Below the pieces are notes generated by a model. That model was not told the DNA's origin, searched no databases, and was given only the letters and a program-made list of their open reading frames with translations. DNA of 64,000 nt, from the NCBI GenBank assembly GCA_004297215.1, contig SCUM01000002.1, forward strand, positions 6,270-70,269. Reading direction: 5' to 3'. Source of the DNA: Patescibacteria group bacterium (lineage in GTDB: Bacteria; Patescibacteriota; Patescibacteriia; UBA9934; GWF2-40-263). Below are positions 18,301 through 27,582 of the stretch, in pieces. How positions within the stretch are numbered: position 1 is the first letter of the stretch; every line of letters starts with the position of its first letter. The position numbers were made by a program, and so were the translations under genes.

Positions 18301-20302
18301 GCGTCTGATCCACGTTCCCTGCCGCGTCCTTCGCACGCACCCGGAACGTGACCGTGCCGTCCTGCAATGGAGAGAACGCATGCGAACCGAACGCCGTGCA
18401 CGCGCCGAACGTCGTCCCGCTCGCGTTTGAACACTCGAAACTCGACACGCCCACGTCGTCCGTGCCCGTGAACTGGAACCCGACTCCGGTCGTCCCGATG
18501 AACATGGTGGTCGCCGGCTGGATGGTCTGGCCGCTGCCGTCGGTGACGACCGTGATGCTGGTATCCGGAGGGGTCGAGTCGGGCGGGGCCTGGGGTGGCG
18601 GAGGCGTGAACGTGACCGTCGGCGTCTGCGTGAGCGTGACACTGTCGGTGGCGTCCCGTGCGGCATACGTGACGGATTGCGCGGTGGCGTTCCTCACCGT
18701 GAACGCGGCGACGCCGCTCGCGTTCGTCGTGCTCGAGGCCGGGATGATCGTGGACGAACCGCCGCCTTGCGAGAGGGTGATCGTCTTGCCGGACACCGGC
18801 GCGCCTGCCGTGTTCTTGAGCGTCACCGTGATCGTGGACGACGCCACGCCGTCCGCGGGGACGTCCATGGGGCTTGCGGTCACGGTAGAGAGCGAGGAAC
18901 TGACGGGCGGCGGTTGAACGGCCGCCGTCGTAAAGGCGAAGTCGCTGGAGGTTGCCAGATTTGTTGCGGCATCCCTGCTCTTGACCCGGTAATGATAGGT
19001 CGTGGACGGATTCAGGCCTGCCAAGGATCGGCTGTGGCTCGTGACCAGGTTCGTGTCGAGCGCGGAAGAGGAGCCATAGGTGTTCGTGAGACCGAATTCG
19101 ACCTGCGAGTCGGAGGATTCGTTCGTGCTCCAAGTGATGACGGCTCCGGAACTCGTGATGGAACCGGCTGTCACCCCGGAGATCGTCGGTGGGGTGGCGT
19201 CGATGGCGGCCGTCGTGAAAGTCGAATTGAAATCGCTCGCGAGTGGGTTGCCAGCAAGATCCTTGGCCCCGGAGCTGCCGCCTATGACCTTGACCGTAAA
19301 GGCCGTGCCCGCAGCGAGGACGCTCGAGGGCGTGAACGTGGCGGTCGTGGGCGTCTTGGCCAGGGTGCCGGCAACACTCGATCCGCCCTGTACCAGATAG
19401 ACGGTCGCATTCGTAAGCGTCGCCGGGTTCATTGCCTCGCTGAAGGTGACGGTGAACGAGGCGTTCGTCGCGACCCCCGCGGCATTGTTTGCCGGAACGA
19501 CGGAAGTGACGGTGGGGGCAGCGGTGTCGATGACGATACTCTTGTTCGCGCTCAATGAATTTAGCCCTTGAGGGCTTGGGAGGGTGAGCGTGGCATTATT
19601 GCCAACCTCGTCCTTTATCGTGCCGCCATTCAAGGTGAGGGACGAGACCGAGAAATATTCAAGGTCTAAAGAGTTGTTTCCGTTGCTCACGGTATAGTTG
19701 AAGGTGAGGGTGGGAGATCCCGTGCCAGAGACGTACGATGCCAATCCAGAAGTTCCGGTATTCAGCGAGAGTGTAGGGATGCCCGTCACGGATACGTTTT
19801 CGGAAAAAATGATTTGGATAGGGATGATCTCGCCAAGAACATAGGAACGGTCTGGCGCGGAGGAAGTGACGCTGGTGACGGTCGGCCCCGTCCGATCGAC
19901 CCGCCACGAGAACGTCGTGGCCGGACCCACGTTGCTCGCGTCTAGCCTGACGCGGACATCGAACCGGTGCAGCTGCTCGGCGAGCGAGGTGTAAGACTGG
20001 TTCCCGCTTACCAAGAGCGTCCCGTTCCCTTGGCACGGAATGAAGATCCCCGACCCTTCCGCGGCACACTCGAACGTACCGAATATGGAGTCCTTTGTGA
20101 ACCTGAACGCAATGCTCGTCTGAGTGGTTGATTTGCCATTCTCGAGGACGACGCTAGGCGAGGTCATCGGGACGCTGGCCGTGACGGCCGTTATTCTAGG
20201 GACAAGTATCGCGTGCGCGGCCCGGACGCCCACGAACAGGCCGCCCACGAGCAGGCAGGAGGCGATAAACGGCTTCCCGAAGTTGTGGGTCAGTCGAGGC
20301 AT
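15341..20302 (-). CDS. Giant secreted adhesin-like protein (~1650 aa): Ig-like, FN3-like and invasin-like domains, CGNG/CDDG Cys-rich repeats, C-terminal VWA domain
   Basis: Signal peptide after MPRLTHNFG; VTFSEAM Ig strand; TYHYRVKSRD FN3; MIDAS DIVFVTDVSGSM and LLSDGEP. Confidence 0.8.
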   Translation of the reverse strand: MPRLTHNFGKPFIASCLLVGGLFVGVRAAHAILVPRITAVTASVPMTSPSVVLENGKSTTQTSIAFRFTKDSIFGTFECAAEGSGIFIPCQGNGTLLVSGNQSYTSLAEQLHRFDVRVRLDASNVGPATTFSWRVDRTGPTVTSVTSSAPDRSYVLGEIIPIQIIFSENVSVTGIPTLSLNTGTSGLASYVSGTGSPTLTFNYTVSNGNNSLDLEYFSVSSLTLNGGTIKDEVGNNATLTLPSPQGLNSLSANKSIVIDTAAPTVTSVVPANNAAGVATNASFTVTFSEAMNPATLTNATVYLVQGGSSVAGTLAKTPTTATFTPSSVLAAGTAFTVKVIGGSSGAKDLAGNPLASDFNSTFTTAAIDATPPTISGVTAGSITSSGAVITWSTNESSDSQVEFGLTNTYGSSSALDTNLVTSHSRSLAGLNPSTTYHYRVKSRDAATNLATSSDFAFTTAAVQPPPVSSSLSTVTASPMDVPADGVASSTITVTLKNTAGAPVSGKTITLSQGGGSSTIIPASSTTNASGVAAFTVRNATAQSVTYAARDATDSVTLTQTPTVTFTPPPPQAPPDSTPPDTSITVVTDGSGQTIQPATTMFIGTTGVGFQFTGTDDVGVSSFECSNASGTTFGACTAFGSHAFSPLQDGTVTFRVRAKDAAGNVDQTPDTQVVVIDTVDPQAGPVTVNGGAAQTTSAVVNLALVCTDANACVSMQISTDGNFDNEPSVAFSATATATLAGANGSKTVSVRFFDMAGNLSGTVDDAINLQRTAPSSAPPGGLARGFAAMPLFCVGIPIAAGSQVCGDGVKGLDEECEIGEVRAESCPVPWTDPVQDGFQNFACVNDAGTCRFDVVAGCVPPTCGNGVREGTETCDDGALNGTFGHCGPECSSANAFFCGNAKLEGPEQCDRGASLNGQYNPSTSVSCTFDCRKPGPSCGDAVVNGPEQCDGAGAEAYAGKLCIAGDRASQPCETDAECPGSACGGTSSTNACGSGRVCDQGNLGATCSTDDDCDLFGSCYEEIDTEGNRVERCSPGATGHCSTAAVPLTRTRTCQTWGGSACTFNAFTACSAVNVPACGNGRLDVGEACDDGNRVDTDACTNVCQKNVCGDGKVFLQTAGGTESCDEGVNNNVECSAPYGGVCNYCTAACQFRTRSGGFCGDSLKNGPEFCDVNLPVKTCIELATGTHAGSCATYADCPNTSSGQGCGLQADGTARCAGIYSCLNLGTCNGGPENGKTCAIPSITGYACAAPGACVMPTCGLDCRASCPFSYRTDSVQVKPEIEGALPGNKVTLFSVTDPSPDAQPRRADLFVPACKVMVGLTANVDSDDIVPQSVDIVFVTDVSGSMGTQSGGGKTRMEAVKDAEKAAVQTILDTATQHGQTIRIGLVSFKAPGTCTSGAPAGTVFTVPSTARKACKDVLLTNAASTNVNTLQAKIDTYTASGGTPTDAGLLAGLEVMDASTASKKIIILLSDGEPLGDGVTMKITMDTVKNTNGIQKYPDVDIYTAVISSTDSLVSFMRHLSDDVCPGSHYDETASIFDPNKPYSNETGCGLGSDGIDYSYEATTAEGITDMFTQIVANILGFVISYTVNADGTAVESSGGVQDGRNILLPFPQEFGCSDQTQVIPLSVTYDSEGNSLKMEDFSITYCPLTP

Positions 20303-20303
20303 A

Positions 20304-23300
20304 TCAGGGTGCTGGGGGATATTCGACGCGGATGAACGCGTTGTCGTTGGGATCCTTGTCGATGTCGAACGCCCAGGGCGCCTCGGCGTGTTCGAGAAGG
20401 GCGGTGAAGGTGTAGGTCTCCCCGGCTGAGGACTGGAAGCCGTACACGTGGCTCCCTTCCTTGCACAGGAACTCTCCGGACGAGGCGTTGAAGCAGGTGG
20501 CCGGATCGGCCCCTTCCTCGCACTCAAAGAACTCGTTGAGCGGATCCACCGGGAGCGCGCCGCCCAGCTCGTTGCCGAGCACCGCGGTCCACGACGGCCA
20601 GGCCGAGGTGGTGAGGGTGCGGATGAAGCTCCCTTGCGAGAGGGTCGGCACGCCCGCGAGGCACAGCTCGCCGCTCGGGCACGACGGGAAGCGCGTGTCG
20701 CATCCTTGCGCGCGGGTGGCCGAACAGTGCGCGTGGGTCGCGCCGTAGCGGTCGAGGGACGCCTTCACGCGCACGAGGTCGGTGAGGCGCCTCGTGTCGC
20801 GGCGCAGCTTCGCCTTTTCCGCGTCGCAGAATTGCGCGTCAGCGGCGGCCGTGTCGCAATCCCCGTCCCACTCGCAGGACACGAACGAGCCCTCCTTCAC
20901 CACGTAGTTGCCCGAGGCCGCGCGGCAGAGGTTCACGTCGCTCACGGCCGCGTCGTTGGCGTTAAACGCCCAGTGCTTGGCCACCTGGTCGAGCACCTGC
21001 GCGGCTTCGCTCGGCGCGCCCTGGCTTACCGAGAAGATGTAGACGTTGGGGAAGATGTCGCCCACCTGGTTCGCGGCCGTCGCGTAGATGGTGTTGCCGT
21101 CGCGCACGGCCTCGTAGCCGTCGAGCGTGACGGGGACCGCCTTGCCTCCGGGGACCAGCCCCTGGAAGAACAGGTCGGCCGGCAGGTACCCGGGGTTCGC
21201 GACCACGCGCACGCCCACGCCGGCCGCGGCGCCCGAGAGCGGGTACAGGATCTCCTTGATCACCCCGGCGATGGGCGACCGGGCGATCGGCTTCACCTCG
21301 AGTTCCGCCAGGTCGTCGGCGGCCCCGGCGCGTCCGGCGTCGCGGCAGTAATAGAAGGAGTAGTTGGTGGAAGTGTCGATCTGCGGGTCCGGATTCGTGT
21401 CCTCGTCCTCCACGTAGGGGAACCCGTCCGTAAGCGACGGCCAGGGGTTCTCGCACACGAGCACGGTGAGCTCCACGAAGCCGGTCTGTGCACGCGCCGG
21501 ACGGCCGTCGGTGCCGTCGGTGGGGGGATCGAGGAGCTTGTCGACGGTGATGGTGGCGGTCATGGCGGCGGACTCCACGCCGTCGATGCCGACCGCCTTT
21601 GCGTCCGTGTTGACTTCGCCCTGGGTGGGCGCCGGCGTCGGGGCCGGGGTCACCGTGATCACGTTGCCCTCCTCGGCATCGGGCTTGTTGGAGCCAAACG
21701 ACCAGCTCCAGGCATAGGATCCCGGGATCGGCTGGATCGGCTGGGACGCTCCGCCGCGGTTGGACACGGCCACCGCGTTCAAGCGGTGCGTCTCATCCTT
21801 CTTGGTAAACAGGTTGCGGCTCGGGGGGACCACCGAATTTGCCGCGAGCGAGTCCACCTGACCGAGGTCAGCCGCCAGCACTTCGTCGAGCGCGCAGATG
21901 TCGAAACCCGTGGTGAACGTCACGGAGGTCCCGGCGGCCATGCCGACGCCGTCCGCGCTCAGCACGCCCGCGCTCGTCGCGTCCGCAAGACCGGCGTCCC
22001 CCGCGGCCACGAGGCGATAGGTCCCCCGTTCCTTGAGCGCCTCCTGGATCGCGAGCGACACGCGGCTGGCGCCGAGCGCCCCGTCCGTGACGTCGTACTT
22101 GATCGGGACGAGACAGCGCGTCCCGGCCGCCTGCGCGGAGACGGAACGGCCGAAGAACGCCTGTAACCCGCCCCAGAAGCGACCGAAGAATCCATGGCCC
22201 GCGCTCGCGAGCGACCCGTGCGGGCAGGTGGCGGCGGTCACCGGGGTGCCGTCAAGCGAGACCAGTTCGAGATAGAGCTGGGGGTCCTTCGCCGCGTCGG
22301 TGGAACGATCGAAGCTCTTGGGGTCCATCTTCTGGCTGAACTCGACCTGGACCAGGGTGTTGCGGCATACGTCCGGCGCGCCGGACGCGGGGATGGTCGA
22401 TGTCACCCTCGGCCGCTCAAAGCAGCAGGAGCCCGCGCCGCAGCCGTTGGCGTTCACGTCGCCGCACGCGGCGTCGTTCTCACAGGCGCACTGCACCGCG
22501 AAATCGCCCTCGCCGGACTTCGCCGGATTGCCGCCGGTCGCGCGCAGGCGCGATACGGCCTCGTGCGCCTCGGGCGCATCGATCTCGCGCGGCGCCGTGT
22601 TCGCGGCGACGGCCACGGCGTACGGCCCCACGCGGGTGGCGAGGCCCGCTTCGCACTCGCTCACCTCGCCCGCGCCCACCGTGCCGTCCGCGCAGAAGGA
22701 CGGGGTCGCGTAACCGACGGAAGACCCTTCAAACAGGCATTCCGAAGAGCAACCGTCGCCATCCGTCACGTTCCCATCGTCACAATCCTCGCCCGCGTCG
22801 GACGCTCCCGCGCGTTCCACGAGGGCGTTGCCGCACGCGCCTGCCCCGGGACGCCGGCCTTCGCGCACGCAGCGGCCGGAGCAGCCGTCGCCGGGCACGG
22901 CGTTGCCGTCGTCGCATGTCTCCGTAGGCCGTTCGATGAGGCCGTTGCCGCATACGGCCACGGCGGCGCGGGGGGTCGAACCCTCATTGAGGCAATTCGA
23001 CGAGCATCCGTCGCCGCCCACGCGGTTGCCGTCCTCGCACTCTTCCCCGCCGCGGCTTGAAGCGTAATCCACCGTGCCGCCGACCTCGCCGCAGTTGGTC
23101 TGCACCGCGGCGGCGCCTTCGTTCAAGCAACGGCTCGAGCAGCCGTCGCCAGAGGCGACATTGCCGTCGTCGCAGTCTTCCCCGACGTCCATCTGGCCGT
23201 TGCCGCACAACCCGGCCGGGGTCGCAGGCGTCAGGGGGTCAGTGCCCGCGTGCAGGCAGGAAGCGCTGCACCCGGAGCCGCCGTCGCAATCCTCGCCCGC

Positions 23301-26300
23301 GCCGACGCGCCCGTCGCCGCACACGGCGGAAGCGGTGGTGAACGGCGTGCCGGCGGAAAGGCAGGAGCTGGTGCATCCCTTCGGCGGACCGGCAGCGAGC
23401 GAAATGGCCCCGTTCGCGACCAGGCTCGCGGCCACCACCGTGGCCGGAGCCTGCACCGTGTCCTCCACGTCGCGCGAAGTCCAATTGAGCCAATCGTAAT
23501 CGGCCGGGTCGAGGAGCTGGCCGTTCTTCGAGCAGGCGTCGGGCGCGCCGAAGGGCTTGGCGCGGAACTCGCGCCGCTCCCCGATGACCTGTGCCGTCGC
23601 GCGCTTGGGCGACACTTCCACGCGGTCGATCGAGCAAGTGACGGCCGAATCCTTGGTCTTGAACGTCCACGAGAAGGTCTTCCCGCGGTTGGTGCCGGAC
23701 GGGTGCAGCGGCACGCCGCTCGCGGACCTCATCCCGGTGATCGAGTCGCCGTCGAACGAGACGCGATAGTTCTGGTTCTGCTTGAACGGGATGGGTTTCC
23801 CCTGCGCGTCCAAGCTGTGGAACAACGTGACGGTGGGCGGCACCGAACCGTCGGCGCTGTCGACGTACTCTACGGAGAACGCGGTGAACGGCACCGGGTT
23901 CGCGTCCTCGCACAGTTCGTTCGCGCACTCCACGACCTTCACGGCTCCGGGAGCTTCGACGGATGCCTTGTCCATGCGCGTGTTGAACGTGGCGGTGATG
24001 GCCGCGTTCACGCAGGCGAGATCGCAGTCGGGCGCGAAATCCACCACCTTCGGATCGGTGAAGTTGATGGTGAGGTCGCCGCTCCCCGTGGGCGTACCTG
24101 GCGCGCGCAGGGCGGCCGAGACGACGACGGGTTCGCCGGCGTTCGTTTCCACCTTGGCCGTGACCGTATTGAGGCAGGAATTCGTGACCGTGGCCTGACC
24201 CTTGGGGGCGACCAGCACGGCACGCGACGAGCTCAAGCTCCAGTCGAACACGCGCGGGGCGCCGGCGCCGCCGTCGCAGGAAAGGATGATGCATCGGTCC
24301 GTCTGCGAAAGCGGGAGCGACTGGTACGCCACTTCCTGATCCTGCGCCGTGGCCGTGAACGAGGGCGGCGCCACGCTGATGTCCCCGATCGTGCAGACGG
24401 TGCCCGCGGGCGCGGTGCGGAAACGCCACGTCTCGTTCGTGGCGAGCGGCACGTTCGCCGGTGCCGCCGAGGTGATCACGCCGGCGCCGACCCCGCCGCG
24501 CAAGGTGACGCGGTAGAAGGTGTCGGCCTCAAACGGCGCCGGATGGCTCCACAGGAAGGTGCGCGGACCGGGCGGGAGCACGGTTCCGGCCATCGGCGTG
24601 CCCTCCACGCTCCCGCACGGGTCGCCCGCGGGCCCGGTACACTTCTCAACGACCACGTTGCCGGCGTTCTGCAGGCTCGCGGCATTCATGTCCATGTCGA
24701 ACGTGCCGGACACCATGGCATCCAGGCATACGTTCGCCGGCAGGTTGCGGCCGGCCCACGGGCTGGGCGACGGCGGCATCTTCAAGGGGTCGTCGGGGTT
24801 GCATTGGAACACGAGGTGCGGCGCCTTCGGGATGGGGCCCGTGGAGAACCGATAGCCGTAGAAGGCGTTTTGGATGGCAGGCGCGCACTGCGCGCGGCAC
24901 GCGCCATCGGCGCAGCACTGATTCCCTTCCTTGCACACGGCCGCGTCGTCGCGACAATCCGCCACTTGAAACGGGACGGCGTTCGAGCGGAATCCTGCGG
25001 CGCTCCGCACGAGCGAGGGGCCGGTCTTTCCCGCCGCGGGAACCGCGGCGGAAACGAGTCCGTCGGCCCACGAAGCGGGGTTGGTGGCGGCGGACGGGGA
25101 TTGGGTGAAGAACACGTTCCCAGGCAAGGCGGCGTCGCCGAAATTCTCCCCGATGAACGACACGAGGGTGGTGGGCGGGCCGGACTCCGGATCCAAGGCG
25201 CACAGGCTCGGCCCTGGCGGGTTGCTTGCCGGATCGAGAAGGTTGAAATCCACGGCCTCCGAAACCACGCCGTCTTCCGCGCGGCGCACGGACACCTTGT
25301 ACGCGCCGAATTGCGCGTCCGTCCCGACCTTCACGGCTTGCGGCACCTTCACGGTGACCGATCCGTCGTGCCAGAACTGGTCGCCGCAGGCGGCCGGAAA
25401 GGTGATGTCGGCGTCCGCGGACGTGCCGGAGGCGACGCTTTGGAACGTCACCGTGCCCGTGCTGGTGCCCAAGCGCGAACCGAACAGGGTGACGTACTGC
25501 CCGGGCGGACCGAAATTGGAGGCCGAGGCGCAGCTGCCGGCTGCGCCGCCGCAATCCGCGTCGGTGGCGCATCGCTTGTCATCGGCCGTGCACGCGGTCC
25601 ATCCCGTGTCGATGAGCGTGATGACGGGCGGTGCCCCGGCGGTGCCGGAGGTGGCCGCGAAATTCACCGGGTTGCTCCCCTGCCTACGAATGGTGCAGGT
25701 GCTACTCGCGCAATCCGCGTCCACGCGGCACAGCTTCCCGGCGTCGTTCGCACAGACGTTGTCGCCCACGAACGCCTGTACCCCGTAGGTACGCGCGTCA
25801 AGCGCCGGGGAATCGATGCGGACCGAGGTGTCCGCCCAGGAGCGGTAGCGCGAGGCCTCCGTATTGCCGAAGAACACCGAATTCGTCTGGTCCGGGTTGG
25901 TGCCGAGATTGATGCCGGAGAGCGTCACCTGCGTGCCGCGCGCTCCGCTTTCGGGCGTAAGCGAGCACAGCCCGGGGCGCACGACGTCGTTTACCTCGAA
26001 ATCCGCGATGAACGGCCCGAACGCGTCGTCCGTGCGGTCGGAAAGCTGATCGGCGGTGCGGATGAGGATCGGACCCGTTCCGGCGCCGTCGGGCACCCGC
26101 ACCACGATCTGGCGGTCGGACCATCCCGACGCCCCGGCGCAGGCGAAATCCGTCACGAGGCGCTGGTCGCTTCCCGTCTCGCCGGCCAGGAACTCCACGG
26201 TGCCGGGCGTCGCGCCAAACCCGGCGCCGGTGATGGTGATGAGGTTCCCGACCGCGCCGTCGCCCGGGCTCACGCGGTCGATGCGCGCCACGCTCACGCA

Positions 26301-27581
26301 GGCGCCGGACGTGCACATCCCGCTCGCGCACTCGGCCCCGGACGCGCATGACGCGCCAAGGCAGGCGCCGCAGAAATTCGCGGAAGACGAGTCTCCCCCG
26401 CAATCGACGGCCGTCTCGCCGAACCCGGCATCCGTGACCCCGTTCTGGCAGTTGGCCGCGCGCAGCATCACGCCCACCCCGGGGGTCTGCACCGTGTGTC
26501 CCGCGCAATCGGACGCTTCCGCGGATACCGTATGCATCTTGTTCGTGGCGGAGCCGGACGTGGCCCATTCCGTATCGTCGGTGTTGAACGCGTTGTCGGC
26601 ATTCCCGCCCACCAAGGCCTGCGCGACGCTTTGCGGGATCCCGGCGATGAACACGGGACGCTGGTCCACGGAAAACTCCACGGAAGACACGCCGGTGTCA
26701 TCCCTGGTGAGCGCCTGGAGCAGTTCGATCTGCGGGACGAAGAACGGCGTTCCGGAGACGCCCGGGCGCTGGATGATGGCGGTCGGTCCCCGCGTGTCCA
26801 CGCCGGTGCCGGTGCGCATCACCGGGATCGTGCACGGGAAATTCGGCTCGTCGCAGGAAAGCGCGCGGCCAGCGGCGCTCTTCAGCACCGCCTGGCTCAA
26901 GACGATCTCGATGTCCACGTCGCCCGGGAAACAGCGCTCCTGCGGCGCCGCGTCGCACGCCGCGTCGGGGATGAACGTGACCTTCTTCCCGGAGACGGCA
27001 AGGCTCCCGTCCACCGGGGAGCCGCCCACGACCCGGACGATGATGCCGGCTTGTGCCGTGGCGGCGTCGACGGCCTGCGAGAACACCAGCTGCGGGCGGA
27101 AATTCCGAAGCGCCTCGGCGCACTCGACGTTCGCCGAGGAAAGGACGAATTTCCCCTGGGCCCCGCCGTCCCCGAAGAACCCGCCCGGCGACCCGCCTCC
27201 TCCCGGTCCGAACCCGGCGGTGGTCCCCGTGGCGGAAGAAAGGCTTCCCACCACGAACTGCGCGATGGCGAAGGACGACAGGACGATGACCAGCCCGATG
27301 ACCGCGTTCGTAAGCACCTTCTTCGCCTTGTCCACGCGTGCCTGTTCCCCGGCCGCGGTCATGTACAGGAACCCGCCGTACAGGACGAGGACGACCACGA
27401 TGACGCCGAGGAAACCGAGCACGGTGCGGATGAGCCGGGCGATGATGAGCACCAGGTCGCCCTCCGTGCTGAACCCGGCCCGCTCCGCGAACGAGGCGTC
27501 CACGCCCTGCGCGAACGCAACGTGCGCGCCCATGAGCGCGGCGGCGGCGAGGATCCCGATGACGGCCGGTTTCAATCGCAT
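20304..27581 (-). CDS. Giant (2425 aa) pilin-headed surface protein with Ig-like, IPT/TIG and Cys-rich repeats and a C-terminal pseudopilin-like domain
   Basis: N-terminal LGFLGVI..LYGGFLYMTAAGEQARVDKAKKVL.NAVIGL; IPT motifs (PGDG..GNLITITGAGFG); CGNG..EDCDDGN..GDGCS repeats. Confidence 0.85.
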   Translation of the reverse strand: MRLKPAVIGILAAAALMGAHVAFAQGVDASFAERAGFSTEGDLVLIIARLIRTVLGFLGVIVVVLVLYGGFLYMTAAGEQARVDKAKKVLTNAVIGLVIVLSSFAIAQFVVGSLSSATGTTAGFGPGGGGSPGGFFGDGGAQGKFVLSSANVECAEALRNFRPQLVFSQAVDAATAQAGIIVRVVGGSPVDGSLAVSGKKVTFIPDAACDAAPQERCFPGDVDIEIVLSQAVLKSAAGRALSCDEPNFPCTIPVMRTGTGVDTRGPTAIIQRPGVSGTPFFVPQIELLQALTRDDTGVSSVEFSVDQRPVFIAGIPQSVAQALVGGNADNAFNTDDTEWATSGSATNKMHTVSAEASDCAGHTVQTPGVGVMLRAANCQNGVTDAGFGETAVDCGGDSSSANFCGACLGASCASGAECASGMCTSGACVSVARIDRVSPGDGAVGNLITITGAGFGATPGTVEFLAGETGSDQRLVTDFACAGASGWSDRQIVVRVPDGAGTGPILIRTADQLSDRTDDAFGPFIADFEVNDVVRPGLCSLTPESGARGTQVTLSGINLGTNPDQTNSVFFGNTEASRYRSWADTSVRIDSPALDARTYGVQAFVGDNVCANDAGKLCRVDADCASSTCTIRRQGSNPVNFAATSGTAGAPPVITLIDTGWTACTADDKRCATDADCGGAAGSCASASNFGPPGQYVTLFGSRLGTSTGTVTFQSVASGTSADADITFPAACGDQFWHDGSVTVKVPQAVKVGTDAQFGAYKVSVRRAEDGVVSEAVDFNLLDPASNPPGPSLCALDPESGPPTTLVSFIGENFGDAALPGNVFFTQSPSAATNPASWADGLVSAAVPAAGKTGPSLVRSAAGFRSNAVPFQVADCRDDAAVCKEGNQCCADGACRAQCAPAIQNAFYGYRFSTGPIPKAPHLVFQCNPDDPLKMPPSPSPWAGRNLPANVCLDAMVSGTFDMDMNAASLQNAGNVVVEKCTGPAGDPCGSVEGTPMAGTVLPPGPRTFLWSHPAPFEADTFYRVTLRGGVGAGVITSAAPANVPLATNETWRFRTAPAGTVCTIGDISVAPPSFTATAQDQEVAYQSLPLSQTDRCIILSCDGGAGAPRVFDWSLSSSRAVLVAPKGQATVTNSCLNTVTAKVETNAGEPVVVSAALRAPGTPTGSGDLTINFTDPKVVDFAPDCDLACVNAAITATFNTRMDKASVEAPGAVKVVECANELCEDANPVPFTAFSVEYVDSADGSVPPTVTLFHSLDAQGKPIPFKQNQNYRVSFDGDSITGMRSASGVPLHPSGTNRGKTFSWTFKTKDSAVTCSIDRVEVSPKRATAQVIGERREFRAKPFGAPDACSKNGQLLDPADYDWLNWTSRDVEDTVQAPATVVAASLVANGAISLAAGPPKGCTSSCLSAGTPFTTASAVCGDGRVGAGEDCDGGSGCSASCLHAGTDPLTPATPAGLCGNGQMDVGEDCDDGNVASGDGCSSRCLNEGAAAVQTNCGEVGGTVDYASSRGGEECEDGNRVGGDGCSSNCLNEGSTPRAAVAVCGNGLIERPTETCDDGNAVPGDGCSGRCVREGRRPGAGACGNALVERAGASDAGEDCDDGNVTDGDGCSSECLFEGSSVGYATPSFCADGTVGAGEVSECEAGLATRVGPYAVAVAANTAPREIDAPEAHEAVSRLRATGGNPAKSGEGDFAVQCACENDAACGDVNANGCGAGSCCFERPRVTSTIPASGAPDVCRNTLVQVEFSQKMDPKSFDRSTDAAKDPQLYLELVSLDGTPVTAATCPHGSLASAGHGFFGRFWGGLQAFFGRSVSAQAAGTRCLVPIKYDVTDGALGASRVSLAIQEALKERGTYRLVAAGDAGLADATSAGVLSADGVGMAAGTSVTFTTGFDICALDEVLAADLGQVDSLAANSVVPPSRNLFTKKDETHRLNAVAVSNRGGASQPIQPIPGSYAWSWSFGSNKPDAEEGNVITVTPAPTPAPTQGEVNTDAKAVGIDGVESAAMTATITVDKLLDPPTDGTDGRPARAQTGFVELTVLVCENPWPSLTDGFPYVEDEDTNPDPQIDTSTNYSFYYCRDAGRAGAADDLAELEVKPIARSPIAGVIKEILYPLSGAAAGVGVRVVANPGYLPADLFFQGLVPGGKAVPVTLDGYEAVRDGNTIYATAANQVGDIFPNVYIFSVSQGAPSEAAQVLDQVAKHWAFNANDAAVSDVNLCRAASGNYVVKEGSFVSCEWDGDCDTAAADAQFCDAEKAKLRRDTRRLTDLVRVKASLDRYGATHAHCSATRAQGCDTRFPSCPSGELCLAGVPTLSQGSFIRTLTTSAWPSWTAVLGNELGGALPVDPLNEFFECEEGADPATCFNASSGEFLCKEGSHVYGFQSSAGETYTFTALLEHAEAPWAFDIDKDPNDNAFIRVEYPPAP

Positions 27582-27582
27582 A

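Noticed and set aside
23250-26351. Very long antisense or alternate-frame ORFs (e.g. 1033 aa here; also 4203-6377, 27652-30168, 38677-41091)
   Set aside because: Shadow ORFs expected from high GC3 opposite well-supported genes; Arg/Gly/Ala-rich with no motifs
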